Below, piece after piece: positions 38,207 to 47,243 of a DNA stretch of 64,000 nt (position 1 is its first letter; each line of letters opens with the position of its first letter). Made by a program: the position numbers and the translations under genes. This DNA comes from Phycisphaerales bacterium (GTDB lineage Bacteria; Planctomycetota; Phycisphaerae; Phycisphaerales; UBA1924): NCBI GenBank assembly GCA_043788295.1, contig JAYVUC010000120.1, positions 168 through 64,167 of the forward strand. Direction: 5' to 3'. The notes under the pieces are model-generated. The model was given only the letters and a program-made list of their open reading frames with translations, did not search any database and was not told the DNA's origin.

Positions 38207-39565
38207 TCATTTTCCGATGCAGAAGGAGGCGAAAATGCGTCCTAGAACCTCATCGGGGCTGATTCGACCCAGTAGCTCGCCCAGGGCGTCGGTCGCGACA
38301 CGCAGGCTTCCGGCGACAATTTCGGGATTCGTGACGCGAGGCTGAGCCCCAACAGCGCCGAGGGCTTCCCGCATCGCCTCCAGCGACTTCAAGAGAGCTC
38401 GGCGGTGGCGAGGCACGAGCATCGCGGGCGTGTCAGCCGCCTTCCACGCCGCCTGTGCGATGGCGCGTCGGAGGGTGTCAATATTGCACCCGTCGATCGC
38501 GCACACCGAGATCACATCCGGGCCCACGCGAGTGATTTCGTTGAGGTCGGCCTTGGTTCTCACCTTGATGATTGCGCATCGAGGCCCAAGCTCGGCAGGC
38601 GTGTCGAACGCGCCGCGCGGATCGCAGTGCAGGACCACATCCGCCTCCCGCACCGATTGAACCGCCGTCTCCTGGGTTGCTGCTTGCGTCTCGCCGATCG
38701 CGTGGGTGCCAGGTCCATCAAACCCCGCGATGTCCACGAGCTCGACCGACGCCGCGCCGGGCACGTCGGATGAAAGATCGAGCGTCTCCGCCAGCGCATC
38801 GCGCGTCGTGCCCGCCGTCGGAGACTCAACAGCCCGCCGCCGTCCGAGCAGCCGATTGAAAAGCGTCGACTTCCCGGCGTTGGGGCTACCAAACAGCACC
38901 ACACGCGAGAGCGTTCGTCCAGACTCGGCGACCCTCTGAGGCCCGATCTCCACATCGATCGCCCGCGCAAGGACCATCAGCTTTGCCCGCAGATTCGCCG
39001 GCGAGATGGCGACGACATCTTCCTGATCGGTAAAGTCGATCCCGGCCTCGACCAGCGCGAGCAGCGTGGCGCACTCTTCCATCCATGCACGCCAGCGGGC
39101 GCCCGACGCTCCGCCCAGCACCTCTCGCGCCGCTGCCAGCTCGGCCCCGTTCCGCGCGGCGATGATCGCGGCCACGCCCTCGGCCTGTTCGAGCGTGAGT
39201 CGATCGGCAAGGTACGCCCGGGCGGTGAACTCGCCTCCCTGGGCGGCTCGCACGCCATGCGTTTGGATCAATCGTGAAAGGATCCGCTCAATGAGTGCCG
39301 GATTCCCCGGACATTGAATCTCCGCGCTGTCCTCGCCCGTGTACGACGATGGCCCCGGGAAGAAGGCGAGATTGACCGGGATACGAATCGAGTCCGTGAG
39401 TTTCAACATCACGGCACGTATACCGCGGCTCAAATCACGCTCACCCGCGAGCGCGCCAAGAACCGCTCGCGTTCCCAAGCCCGAGACCCTGATCAGCCCC
39501 CGGGCCGAACGGGCGTGCGGCGAGGCGACTGCGGCGATTGTGTCGCCACTCAACACGCCAAGCAC
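38207..39565 (-). CDS. mnmE: tRNA modification GTPase MnmE (TrmE)
   Basis: G1 [14 protein letters not shown], terminal FCIGK motif. GTG start. Downstream of yidC on the same strand. Confidence 0.9.
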   Translation of the reverse strand: MLGVLSGDTIAAVASPHARSARGLIRVSGLGTRAVLGALAGERDLSRGIRAVMLKLTDSIRIPVNLAFFPGPSSYTGEDSAEIQCPGNPALIERILSRLIQTHGVRAAQGGEFTARAYLADRLTLEQAEGVAAIIAARNGAELAAAREVLGGASGARWRAWMEECATLLALVEAGIDFTDQEDVVAISPANLRAKLMVLARAIDVEIGPQRVAESGRTLSRVVLFGSPNAGKSTLFNRLLGRRRAVESPTAGTTRDALAETLDLSSDVPGAASVELVDIAGFDGPGTHAIGETQAATQETAVQSVREADVVLHCDPRGAFDTPAELGPRCAIIKVRTKADLNEITRVGPDVISVCAIDGCNIDTLRRAIAQAAWKAADTPAMLVPRHRRALLKSLEAMREALGAVGAQPRVTNPEIVAGSLRVATDALGELLGRISPDEVLGRIFASFCIGK

Positions 39566-39576
39566 TCCGTCGTAGG

Positions 39577-39627
39577 ACGCCTCTCCGGGGCGTGCTTTGT
39601 ATTAGTAGCACGCCTCTCCGGGGCGTG
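39577..39627. repeat. Two copies (33-nt period) of hairpin core ACGCCTCTCCGGGGCGTG
   Basis: Identical 18-mers at 39577..39594 and 39610..39627, between the yidC stop and the mnmE start. Degenerate relatives at 53064..53101. Confidence 0.85.
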
Positions 39628-39706
39628 TCTTGCATTGCTGCCGGACCAAGAAGCAAGCGCACGCCCCGGAGGGACGTGCCACCAAAGCCGCTCCGGAGAA
39701 TCCGTA

Positions 39707-41941
39707 TCAGAGCTTCTTTCGCACATATCGATCAGGGTCCTTGCCGGTAGTGCCCGCGATTTGCTTGGCCCTCTTGGCCTGCTGCGCGGTGGCCATCTCC
39801 TGGAGCCTGCCAAAGAAGCCCTTGCCCTTATTGGCCTTGGCCTCGCGGATCTTCTGGACGTTGAGCAGGTCATGCTTCTCGATGTGCCGCTTGATCCACT
39901 TGGATTCCAGGATTCCAAGCGCCGAGTTGGCGAAGAAGTAGAGCGTGAGCCCGCTGGGGGCGTTGTACATCATGATCGGGAACATGAACACCGTCATCCA
40001 CCGCATCATTTTCGCCTGCGTTTCCTGCTCGGGCGTCTGGGCTGTTGTCGGGGGCGGCGTCATGTACTTCTGCTGAACGTAGAACAGCACGCCCAGGAAC
40101 AGCGGCATGATGTTGAGCGAAGAGATCGGGCCCATGAGCCCCGAGATGAACGGAATGCTGAACGCACGCGCCGGGAAGTACCACAGACGGTCGGGCTCGG
40201 CCAGATCACCCAGGAACCACACGACGTTGCCGGGCGACCCGAGCATCTGGAAGATGCCGTAGAACGCGCCCTCGTGCCGGAGCTCGATCGCAAAGAAGAG
40301 CGTCGCCGACAGAGCCATCCACACGGGCGTCTGCAGGAACATCGGCAGACAGCCCAAAGCCCCGGCGGGATTGATCCCTTCCTCGCGCCAGAGTTTGGCG
40401 GTCTCTTCCTGCTGCAACTTGGGCTCGTTGGCGTACTTCTCTTTGATCTTGGCCATCTTGGGGGCCATGCCCTGCATCTGCTTCCCGAAACGCTGGAGCC
40501 TGATCTGCGACCAGCGTGTGATCGGGTGCAGAAGCGACTTGACGATCACGACGAGTAGGATGATCGCGACGGCCCAGTCGCCCGACATCGTGTGCAGGAA
40601 AGTGAGCAACCCGAGCAACGGCTGGGTGAGCCATGCGAAGGTGCAGCACCCGCACGGACCGCCGAAGGTGAAGTAGATCAGCCCATCCAGGCCGGCGTTC
40701 TTGCCCACGGGATCCTTGTTGATCTCGCGGGCCGACATCGGACCTGTGAAAAAGCCCTGCGACATGTCGAGCGACTTGCCGGGCTCGACCATCCGCTTGA
40801 TCCCGTTGAGCCGCAGCGCGACCGCGCCCCCGTCGGCGTCATATGCGAAAAGCCGATCGACCGAGTCGATGTTGGGCAGGTTTTTCACCAGCATCGTGCC
40901 GGCGGGCGACTGAGGCAAAAGCGGGATGGTGACGGCGGCGAAGTAGCGATTCGTCGCGCCCGTCCACACCAGCTCGTACTTGCGCTCGGTCGCGTGGGTG
41001 GTGGGCCAGAGTGGCTTGTCGAGAGGCGTCGAAGCGTCGGGCTTTGAACCGCCAACCACGCCGTTGCGATCGAGAAGGAACGCCGAATCGTCGGCGAGAA
41101 CGAGCTGCCGCGTCGGGTCCGACGAGGCATCGACCAGATACCCGAATCGCGCACGTCGCTTGTCGCCGCCATATGTCACGTCACCGGCGGACAGTTCGAG
41201 CGGCCCGATCTGATACCACTGCACACTCCGGGGCTGCCGCGCGATGTTGGTGAACTCCTGATTCACGCGGATGATGTACGAGGCGTCAGGCAGCTCGAAC
41301 TTGCGATGGACTCGCCCGACGGGCGTGTTCGACCCCTCCTCGACGATAATCGCCTCAAACTCGCCCGGGCCGATCTCCTTCCACGCCCACGGCTCCGCGA
41401 GTGAGACATAGGCCGAGTCGATCTGCACACCCAGCAGCGAGAGGGGTGTGAAAGTCTTGCCATCGGGCATCGTCCGCTCGTGCTGCATCTCGACATTCAC
41501 GTTGCGTTCGATCGAGGTGAAGTGCTGAGTCAACTTCACCGAAGCGATTCCCGCGCCGCGGAGAGAAAACGTCACCTCCAGCAGCTTGGCAGATTTGGAG
41601 TCGAGACTCCCCAATGGCGCGAGTGCTCCCGCACCCTCCTGCCTTTGGGCAACGAGTTTCGCGGTCACTGCGGGCGGCGTCGCCGCACTGGGGACCGGCA
41701 CAGGCTGGGCAGCCGGCACACTCGCCGGGGGTGTCGGTGGCACCGGCTCGGGCGTCGAACTGGCTGGCGGCTGCTTGGAATCGGCAGCACTCGCAGAAAT
41801 CGCTGGCAGCTTCTCACTCGACAGGGGCTGGCGACTGGTGTTGCGAAAGACCGACCATGCGACGAGACCGCAGAGCGATGTCAACACCGCAAAAACCGCA
41901 ATTCGGGCCGCGAGACTCGGAGTTTTGGCCATAGGAGTCAA
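39707..41941 (-). CDS. yidC: Membrane protein insertase YidC
   Basis: 744 aa. Large periplasmic domain plus a C-terminal 5-TM core with GALGCLPMFLQTPVWMAL. Confidence 0.9.
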   Translation of the reverse strand: MTPMAKTPSLAARIAVFAVLTSLCGLVAWSVFRNTSRQPLSSEKLPAISASAADSKQPPASSTPEPVPPTPPASVPAAQPVPVPSAATPPAVTAKLVAQRQEGAGALAPLGSLDSKSAKLLEVTFSLRGAGIASVKLTQHFTSIERNVNVEMQHERTMPDGKTFTPLSLLGVQIDSAYVSLAEPWAWKEIGPGEFEAIIVEEGSNTPVGRVHRKFELPDASYIIRVNQEFTNIARQPRSVQWYQIGPLELSAGDVTYGGDKRRARFGYLVDASSDPTRQLVLADDSAFLLDRNGVVGGSKPDASTPLDKPLWPTTHATERKYELVWTGATNRYFAAVTIPLLPQSPAGTMLVKNLPNIDSVDRLFAYDADGGAVALRLNGIKRMVEPGKSLDMSQGFFTGPMSAREINKDPVGKNAGLDGLIYFTFGGPCGCCTFAWLTQPLLGLLTFLHTMSGDWAVAIILLVVIVKSLLHPITRWSQIRLQRFGKQMQGMAPKMAKIKEKYANEPKLQQEETAKLWREEGINPAGALGCLPMFLQTPVWMALSATLFFAIELRHEGAFYGIFQMLGSPGNVVWFLGDLAEPDRLWYFPARAFSIPFISGLMGPISSLNIMPLFLGVLFYVQQKYMTPPPTTAQTPEQETQAKMMRWMTVFMFPIMMYNAPSGLTLYFFANSALGILESKWIKRHIEKHDLLNVQKIREAKANKGKGFFGRLQEMATAQQAKRAKQIAGTTGKDPDRYVRKKL

Positions 41942-41980
41942 GCGTAGCCGTACCGAGAGCGTGAGGGCTCGCTTCTCGCC

Positions 41981-42769
41981 TTACTTCTTCTCGACGGGCT
42001 TCACGGCGGGCTTCACGGCGGGCTTGGCAGCCCCGGCTGGCTTGGCCACTTCGGCTGGCTTGGCGATCTCGGGCGCCTTGGCCGCGAGCAGCTCGTCGAT
42101 CTTCCGCGTCACCGCAGCGTTCATCGGATCAGTCTTGGGATCAAACCTCGCCACAACGTTGCCGCTCTTGTCGACCAGGAACTTCTGGAAGTTCCACTCG
42201 GGATCGCCGCCGATGGGCTTAGGCTGGGCCGAGATCGTCTTGTAAAGCTCGACCTGATCCTTGCCCTTCACCGAAATCTTCGAGAAGAGCGGGAAGGTCA
42301 CGTGAAACTTGCCGGTGGTGCAGAATGTCTTGATCTCGCTGTCGCTGCCGGGCTCTTGTTCGCGGAAGTTGTTCGCGGGGAAGGCCAGGATCACAAAGCC
42401 CTTGTCCTTTTTTTCCTGGTACAGCTTCTCAAGGTTCTCGTATTGCGGCGTGTTGCCGCACTGGCTCGCGACGTTGATGACCATGATGACCTTGCCTTTG
42501 TACTGGGCGAGATCCTGCTCTTTGCCGTCGATGTCCTTCATCTTGAACCCCAGAACGAAGGGGCTCACGGGTTTGGCTGCTTCGGCGGGCTTGGCGATGG
42601 CGGGCTTGAGTTCGGTAGGGGTGACCGTCGAGGGCACCTTGACTGCGGGCGTGGCAGGAACTGCGGGCTGGGCTGTCGGAGCCGGCGTTGTCGCGGGCTG
42701 GGCCGTCGCCGCGCCTGCCAGGATGAAAAGACTCGCCGCCGCCATGCCACGAACGATCAGATTACTCAT
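41981..42769 (-). CDS. Secreted glutathione-peroxidase-family protein (Cys type) with Lys/Pro/Ala-rich C-terminal tail
   Basis: Start ATG 42769 (AGGAG RBS, signal peptide). NVASQCGNTPQY, LAFPANNFREQEPG, WNFQKFLV. Tail AKPAEVAKPAGAAKPAVKPAVKPVEKK. Confidence 0.85.
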   Translation of the reverse strand: MSNLIVRGMAAASLFILAGAATAQPATTPAPTAQPAVPATPAVKVPSTVTPTELKPAIAKPAEAAKPVSPFVLGFKMKDIDGKEQDLAQYKGKVIMVINVASQCGNTPQYENLEKLYQEKKDKGFVILAFPANNFREQEPGSDSEIKTFCTTGKFHVTFPLFSKISVKGKDQVELYKTISAQPKPIGGDPEWNFQKFLVDKSGNVVARFDPKTDPMNAAVTRKIDELLAAKAPEIAKPAEVAKPAGAAKPAVKPAVKPVEKK

Positions 42770-42878
42770 CGAAAGTCTCCTGTATGAGGCCAAACGATAG
42801 GCCGGGTATGTCAGACTGCTGAAAAATGCGACGACCGCCCGTTTGGGCGGCCGCCGGTTCACTTGCGTGAGCGTTGAA

Positions 42879-43031
42879 TTACTTCTTCTCGGGCACGGGG
42901 GTCGCGGCCGGGGTCGCGGCCGGGGTGGCAGCGGGCTTCTTGGGAGCCTCAGCAGCCTTATCGCAGCCGACAGCCACCATGCCAATGCCAACGACCGCGA
43001 CGAACGAGAGAACCTTTGCGAAATTCTTCAT
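42879..43031 (-). CDS. Small lipoprotein candidate (50 aa) with PAAT repeats
   Basis: MKNFAKVLSFVAVVGIGMVAVGC-DKAAEAPKKPAATPAATPAATPVPEKK. The lipobox-like AVGC was read from the reverse strand. Not in the ORF track (under 60 aa). Confidence 0.45.
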   Translation of the reverse strand: MKNFAKVLSFVAVVGIGMVAVGCDKAAEAPKKPAATPAATPAATPVPEKK

Positions 43032-43100
43032 CTGAGAGACTCCATAAGTGACTGGTGATCCAAACCCTGAGTAGGTGATTATCGGCGAACACTCACCGAT

Positions 43101-43967
43101 ATGTCAAGCGGCTACCCTACATCTGTGGTCAAGCTTACCAGAACTGTCCGCTTTGCGTGCAATTCTACCGCACCAACCCCTGACGGTTCCAGTTTTTTTG
43201 GGGATAATGGGTACGCAGGGGCTCCTGCTCTCGTTGAATTGGGCCGTTTTGATGAGTTGGAAGTGTCCTGTTCGGGTACCATTGATCCGGTACTCCAGTA
43301 CTTGATCGACATCAAGGCGGTTGATCGGGCGGTCAGGCACACTGTTATTCCGATTCTGTCGGCCGCGTTTCACCGGGAAAGGTCCGGCGCCCACATCGCG
43401 CGCAAGGAGTGGCCCGGATCGGTCATGGCCGATTTCGTGCCGCTGCTGGCAGCCGCCTTGGGTGGCCTGTTGCACAACGTCGTTTGGAAACTCACGCCTT
43501 TCATGAGCTTGACGATGCACACACCCAACTCCGCTCAACGTGTCGTCGCCCTGCTCCGTCAACGCTTTGAGTTTGCGGCGTCGCATCGGCTGCATGTGCC
43601 GACGCTCTCGATTGAAGAAAATCGCCGGGCCTTTGGCAAGTGCAACCACGAGAGTGGGCATGGGCACAACTACATCTTTGAGCCGTGCGTCGAGCTTCCT
43701 GTCGGCGATGCGGTGCCGCTGCATGTGGGCGAGCTCGAACGCATCGCGAAGGAAGTCATCCTCGACCGCTTCGATCACAAGTACCTCAATATCGACACGG
43801 CGGAGTTCCGCGAGGGGTCTGGGGCGGTGCCGAGCGTCGAGAACATCGCCAGGGTGTTCTTCGAGCTATTGGCACCCAGGATCGACGGTACAGGCCGGGG
43901 CGCGAAGTTGCGAAGCGTCACGGTGTGGGAGAGCGACCGGACGAGCGCGACGTTTCCCGCCGAGTAA
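43101..43967 (+). CDS. 6-pyruvoyl-tetrahydropterin synthase / QueD-family protein (long, two-lobed form)
   Basis: FAASHRLH and CNHESGHGHNY zinc/catalytic motifs. Confidence 0.7.
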   Translation: MSSGYPTSVVKLTRTVRFACNSTAPTPDGSSFFGDNGYAGAPALVELGRFDELEVSCSGTIDPVLQYLIDIKAVDRAVRHTVIPILSAAFHRERSGAHIARKEWPGSVMADFVPLLAAALGGLLHNVVWKLTPFMSLTMHTPNSAQRVVALLRQRFEFAASHRLHVPTLSIEENRRAFGKCNHESGHGHNYIFEPCVELPVGDAVPLHVGELERIAKEVILDRFDHKYLNIDTAEFREGSGAVPSVENIARVFFELLAPRIDGTGRGAKLRSVTVWESDRTSATFPAE

Positions 43968-44006
43968 CTTTCGGTGGCCCAGTTCGCCGAACCGTGGCTT
44001 GCAGGT

Positions 44007-44030
44007 GGCCCGGTTCTCCGAACCGGGGCC
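44007..44030. terminator. Repeated hairpin GGCCCGGTTCTCCGAACCGGGGCC (copy 2), bidirectional terminator
   Basis: Between the convergent QueD-like and apt genes. Same 21-mer as 19570..19590. Confidence 0.7.
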
Positions 44031-44036
44031 TCGACT

Positions 44037-44567
44037 TCAGCAGCGAACAACCGAGTGCAAAGGGCCCAGGCCACCCAATTTGTCGCGGCCTTTGAGCGCT
44101 TCGATCTCGATCAGCACTGTCATGCCGACGATGGTCGCCCCGAGCCGCTGCACGAGGTGCCCGCACGCCGAGAGCGTTCCACCGGTGGCGAGAAGATCAT
44201 CGACCAGGAGCACTCTCCTGCCCGGGGCGATGGCGTCGGCATGGATCTCGAGGCGATCGCGCCCGTATTCCAGCGAATACTCGACTGCCTCGACCTTTCG
44301 CGGGAGCTTGCCGGGCTTGCGAGCGGGGACGAAGCCCGTGGAAAGAGCCTGCGCGATGGCGGTGCCGAAGATGAAGCCGCGCGATTCGGCCCCGATCACC
44401 AGCTCGACACCCTGCCCGCGAAAGGGGTTGGTCATGAGCTCAACAGCGAGCGCGAGCCCCTTGGGGTCGGCAAGCAGCGGGGTGAAATCCTTGAACATGA
44501 TTCCCGGCTTTGGAAAGTCGGGCACGTCCAAGATGAGGGCTTCGAGGGCTTTGATGGCGGTCATCAC
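44037..44567 (-). CDS. apt: Adenine phosphoribosyltransferase
   Basis: 176 aa. PRPP motif VLLVDDLLATGGT. Confidence 0.9.
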   Translation of the reverse strand: MMTAIKALEALILDVPDFPKPGIMFKDFTPLLADPKGLALAVELMTNPFRGQGVELVIGAESRGFIFGTAIAQALSTGFVPARKPGKLPRKVEAVEYSLEYGRDRLEIHADAIAPGRRVLLVDDLLATGGTLSACGHLVQRLGATIVGMTVLIEIEALKGRDKLGGLGPLHSVVRC

Positions 44568-44619
44568 GAGCGGAGGATAGCGATGTCTTCGGGCCCATGC
44601 ACACGACTACAGTCGAGCC

Positions 44620-44997
44620 ATGGCATCACACGAATCATCCAAGGGGCCGCGTGTGGCGAGGGCGCTTGAGATCATCGAGCCGATGGGCAAGCGCGTGCTC
44701 ATCCGCAAGGATGAGGACAAGAAGCAGACCAAGAGCGGCATCCACCTGCCCGACAAGATCGAGATCCCGACCATCACGGGCCGCGTGATCGCTATTTCGG
44801 CCCAGGTCGATCGCGACGTCGATTACCCGATCCGCAACTACGACCGCGTGCTGTTCAATCCAAAGCACGGCGTGCCGGTGGACTTCGAGGGCGACAATCG
44901 GCTTTACGTCGTGCCCGTTGAGGATGTCGTGGCGGTTTTCCGTCAGCCCGCCGATGAGGCCGACAAGACCAGGGGCAAGGATGCCAGGGACTCATGA
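44620..44997 (+). CDS. groES: Co-chaperonin GroES (no groEL adjacent)
   Basis: IEPMGKRVLIRKDEDKKQTKSGIHLPDK...GRVIAIS pattern. C-terminal acidic/basic extension. Confidence 0.8.
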   Translation: MASHESSKGPRVARALEIIEPMGKRVLIRKDEDKKQTKSGIHLPDKIEIPTITGRVIAISAQVDRDVDYPIRNYDRVLFNPKHGVPVDFEGDNRLYVVPVEDVVAVFRQPADEADKTRGKDARDS

Positions 44998-45006
44998 AGG
45001 CGAACG

Positions 45007-45036
45007 CATGAACGCCAGACCCATGAACGCCAGACG
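45007..45036. repeat. 15-nt tandem repeat CATGAACGCCAGAC(C/G) x2 (a third degenerate copy upstream)
   Basis: Read directly between the groES stop and the aroA start. Confidence 0.8.
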
Positions 45037-45057
45037 CACGAAAGGCGGCGACGCGAG

Positions 45058-46521
45058 TTGAGCGGCGACGCATCGCACAATCTTTGCCTGCCGCTGGCCC
45101 AGATCCCCGATCCGCTGCCGCTTCCTCCCCCGCGCACTCGCGGCGTGAGCCCGTTCGATGTCTCGGTGCGGCCGCCGGGGTCCAAGAGTCTCTCCAATCG
45201 TGCGCTGCTGCTCGCGGCACTCACTCCAGGCACATCGGTCCTCCGCGGCGCGCTTGTTGACGCCGACGACGCCGTGCGGATGATCGACGCGCTTCGTCAG
45301 CTCGGTGCGACGATCAAGTCGGATGTTGATCGCTTGACTGTGACGGGTGTGGGCGGGAGGTGGAAGCCCGTCGATGATCGCGGCGCGCCCGCGAAGGCCG
45401 ATGTGCTGCTGAATCTCAACAACGCGGGCACCGCGACGAGGTTTCTGGCGGCGGCCGCACTGCTCTCGCCCGTGCCGATCGTCATTGACGGCAACGCCCG
45501 GATGCGTGAGCGGCCCATCGGCGAGCTTGGCGACATTCTCAGGAAACTCGGCGCGACGATCTCGTACGCGGGCACGCCGGGCTATCCGCCCATGCGGATT
45601 GTGCCGCCGGCTGTGCCGCAGAACGCGACCGTGCTCGATATCCCCACGACCCAGTCGAGCCAGTTCATCTCGGCGTTGCTGCTGATCGCGCCGTGGCTCC
45701 CCCACCACCTGACGCTCAGGCTTGTGGGCGAGGTCACCAGCGGTTCGTACATCACCATGACGCTGGGGCTTTTGCAGCGGCTGGGCGCGGCGGTGCAGAC
45801 GGGCGGTGACAACCGAGTGATCCGCGTGGGGCCCGCGAGCACGAGCTCGGCGGGCACACCGGGCGGAGGGATTCCGCCGTTCGAGTACGACACCGAGCCC
45901 GACGCGAGCGGGGCGACGTACTTCTGGGCGGCGGCGGCGCTCTCGCCCGACTCGACCTCCCGCGTGCTTGACCTGGACGGCAAGTCGCTGCAAGGGGACA
46001 CGGGGTTTGTCGAGCTGCTCGGGCGCATGGGCGCGACGAGCACCGTGAAACCGGCAGCTGCGGGCACGGCCGGCTCGCTCGCGGTGCGCGGGCCGCGGAC
46101 ACTCTTGGCGTTGATGGCCGACATGTCCGACATGCCCGATGCGGCGATGACACTCGCGGTGGTGGCAAGCTTTGCGTCGGGTGTTTCGGTGCTGCGCGGT
46201 CTTCGCACGCTGCGGGTGAAGGAGTCTGACCGGATCGTGGTGATGCAGACCGAGCTGGCCAAGATCGGCGTGAAGGTCCAGAGCCCCGTCGCGGGCGATG
46301 CGGGCGCGATGACTATCACGCCGCCGGGCGGGGGACGCGGAGCGGGCGTGGATTGCTCGACCGGTGTCGCGCCGGTCTACTTTGACACCTACGACGATCA
46401 CCGCATCGCCATGTCGCTCGCGCTGGTCGCGCTGCGGCGTCCCAACGTCTTCATCAACCACCCGCAGTGCGTGGCAAAGACCTACGCGAACTACTGGCGC
46501 GACCTTGCGGGACTGTTCTAG
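45058..46521 (+). CDS. aroA: 3-phosphoshikimate 1-carboxyvinyltransferase (EPSP synthase)
   Basis: PPGSKSLSNRALLLAAL. TTG start per the ORF track; the exact start is uncertain. Confidence 0.9.
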   Translation: MSGDASHNLCLPLAQIPDPLPLPPPRTRGVSPFDVSVRPPGSKSLSNRALLLAALTPGTSVLRGALVDADDAVRMIDALRQLGATIKSDVDRLTVTGVGGRWKPVDDRGAPAKADVLLNLNNAGTATRFLAAAALLSPVPIVIDGNARMRERPIGELGDILRKLGATISYAGTPGYPPMRIVPPAVPQNATVLDIPTTQSSQFISALLLIAPWLPHHLTLRLVGEVTSGSYITMTLGLLQRLGAAVQTGGDNRVIRVGPASTSSAGTPGGGIPPFEYDTEPDASGATYFWAAAALSPDSTSRVLDLDGKSLQGDTGFVELLGRMGATSTVKPAAAGTAGSLAVRGPRTLLALMADMSDMPDAAMTLAVVASFASGVSVLRGLRTLRVKESDRIVVMQTELAKIGVKVQSPVAGDAGAMTITPPGGGRGAGVDCSTGVAPVYFDTYDDHRIAMSLALVALRRPNVFINHPQCVAKTYANYWRDLAGLF

Positions 46522-46994
46522 GTCTCTACAGAGCCCCCGGCGCAAGCCGGGGGGAGGTTGGGTGAAGTGGGATCGGCTGGGGGATGCCTGAGATACCCGC
46601 GTTCAATCATCGCCCGCGCCATCGATGCAGCGGCCTCGATGGAGATGCGGGCGTCGTGCGGCGTTGCGTGGGCACGTACCGCCTGATTCCAGAGCTTCAT
46701 CCACTGAGCGAAGTGGGCAGGCGTCAGGTCGAGCCCCTCGTGGATCTCGATCGGCCGCCCGCTATAGGTTCCAGACTTGAGCAAGGCCGACGACCAGAAG
46801 GCCTCGATGCGCGCGAGGTGCGCTGGCCAGTCGTGGACATGCCGCATGAAGACGGGACCAAGGAGCGGGTCGCAGCGGCACGCTCGATAAAAGTCCCGCA
46901 CGATCGCGACGATCCCCGCCGATGTCAACGCTCGCTCGCGCAACTTGTCAGTTGATGTGTGCGCTTCGGTGAGTGGGAGAGGAACGTCGGACAT
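46518..46994 (-). CDS. Group III truncated hemoglobin-like protein
   Basis: Start ATG 46994. DPLLGPVF...WPAHLARIEAFWSSALLKSGTYSGRPIEIH...FAQWMKLWNQAV matches the Ctb-type trHb pattern. Confidence 0.7.
   Translation of the reverse strand: MSDVPLPLTEAHTSTDKLRERALTSAGIVAIVRDFYRACRCDPLLGPVFMRHVHDWPAHLARIEAFWSSALLKSGTYSGRPIEIHEGLDLTPAHFAQWMKLWNQAVRAHATPHDARISIEAAASMARAMIERGYLRHPPADPTSPNLPPACAGGSVET
46529..46552. repeat. 24-nt element CAGAGCCCCCGGCGCAAGCCGGGG (7-bp stem, GCAA loop), copy 1
   Basis: Immediately 3' of the aroA stop and inside the last ~11 codons of the minus-strand trHb gene. Identical 24-mer at 61407..61430. Confidence 0.9.
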
Positions 46995-47194
46995 GGAAGA
47001 ACACTCTAGCGGGGCGCGAACTCGATGGCCGTCGTTCACGCCTTGTCAGTGACCCATCCGGCCATCGAATGCATGGGCACGATGAGTTCTCGGATGCTGA
47101 AGCGATCCAGCCCGATCGTGTGCCACCCAATATTTGACTGGAGTCTCGAACACAACCCTGTATACTGCGGTTTGGGCATTTGGGCCAGGGTTCG

Positions 47195-47211
47195 CCCGGA
47201 ACTGTTCCGGG
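47195..47211. promoter_or_regulatory. Perfect palindrome CCCGGAAC-T-GTTCCGGG in a divergent promoter region
   Basis: 8-bp arms, 33 nt upstream of ATG 47244. Same GGAAC/GTTCC half-sites as the 21-bp array at 48516..48698. Confidence 0.35.
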
Positions 47212-47243
47212 CCATCTGGCGCGTGCTCAAAGGGAGTCGCACC

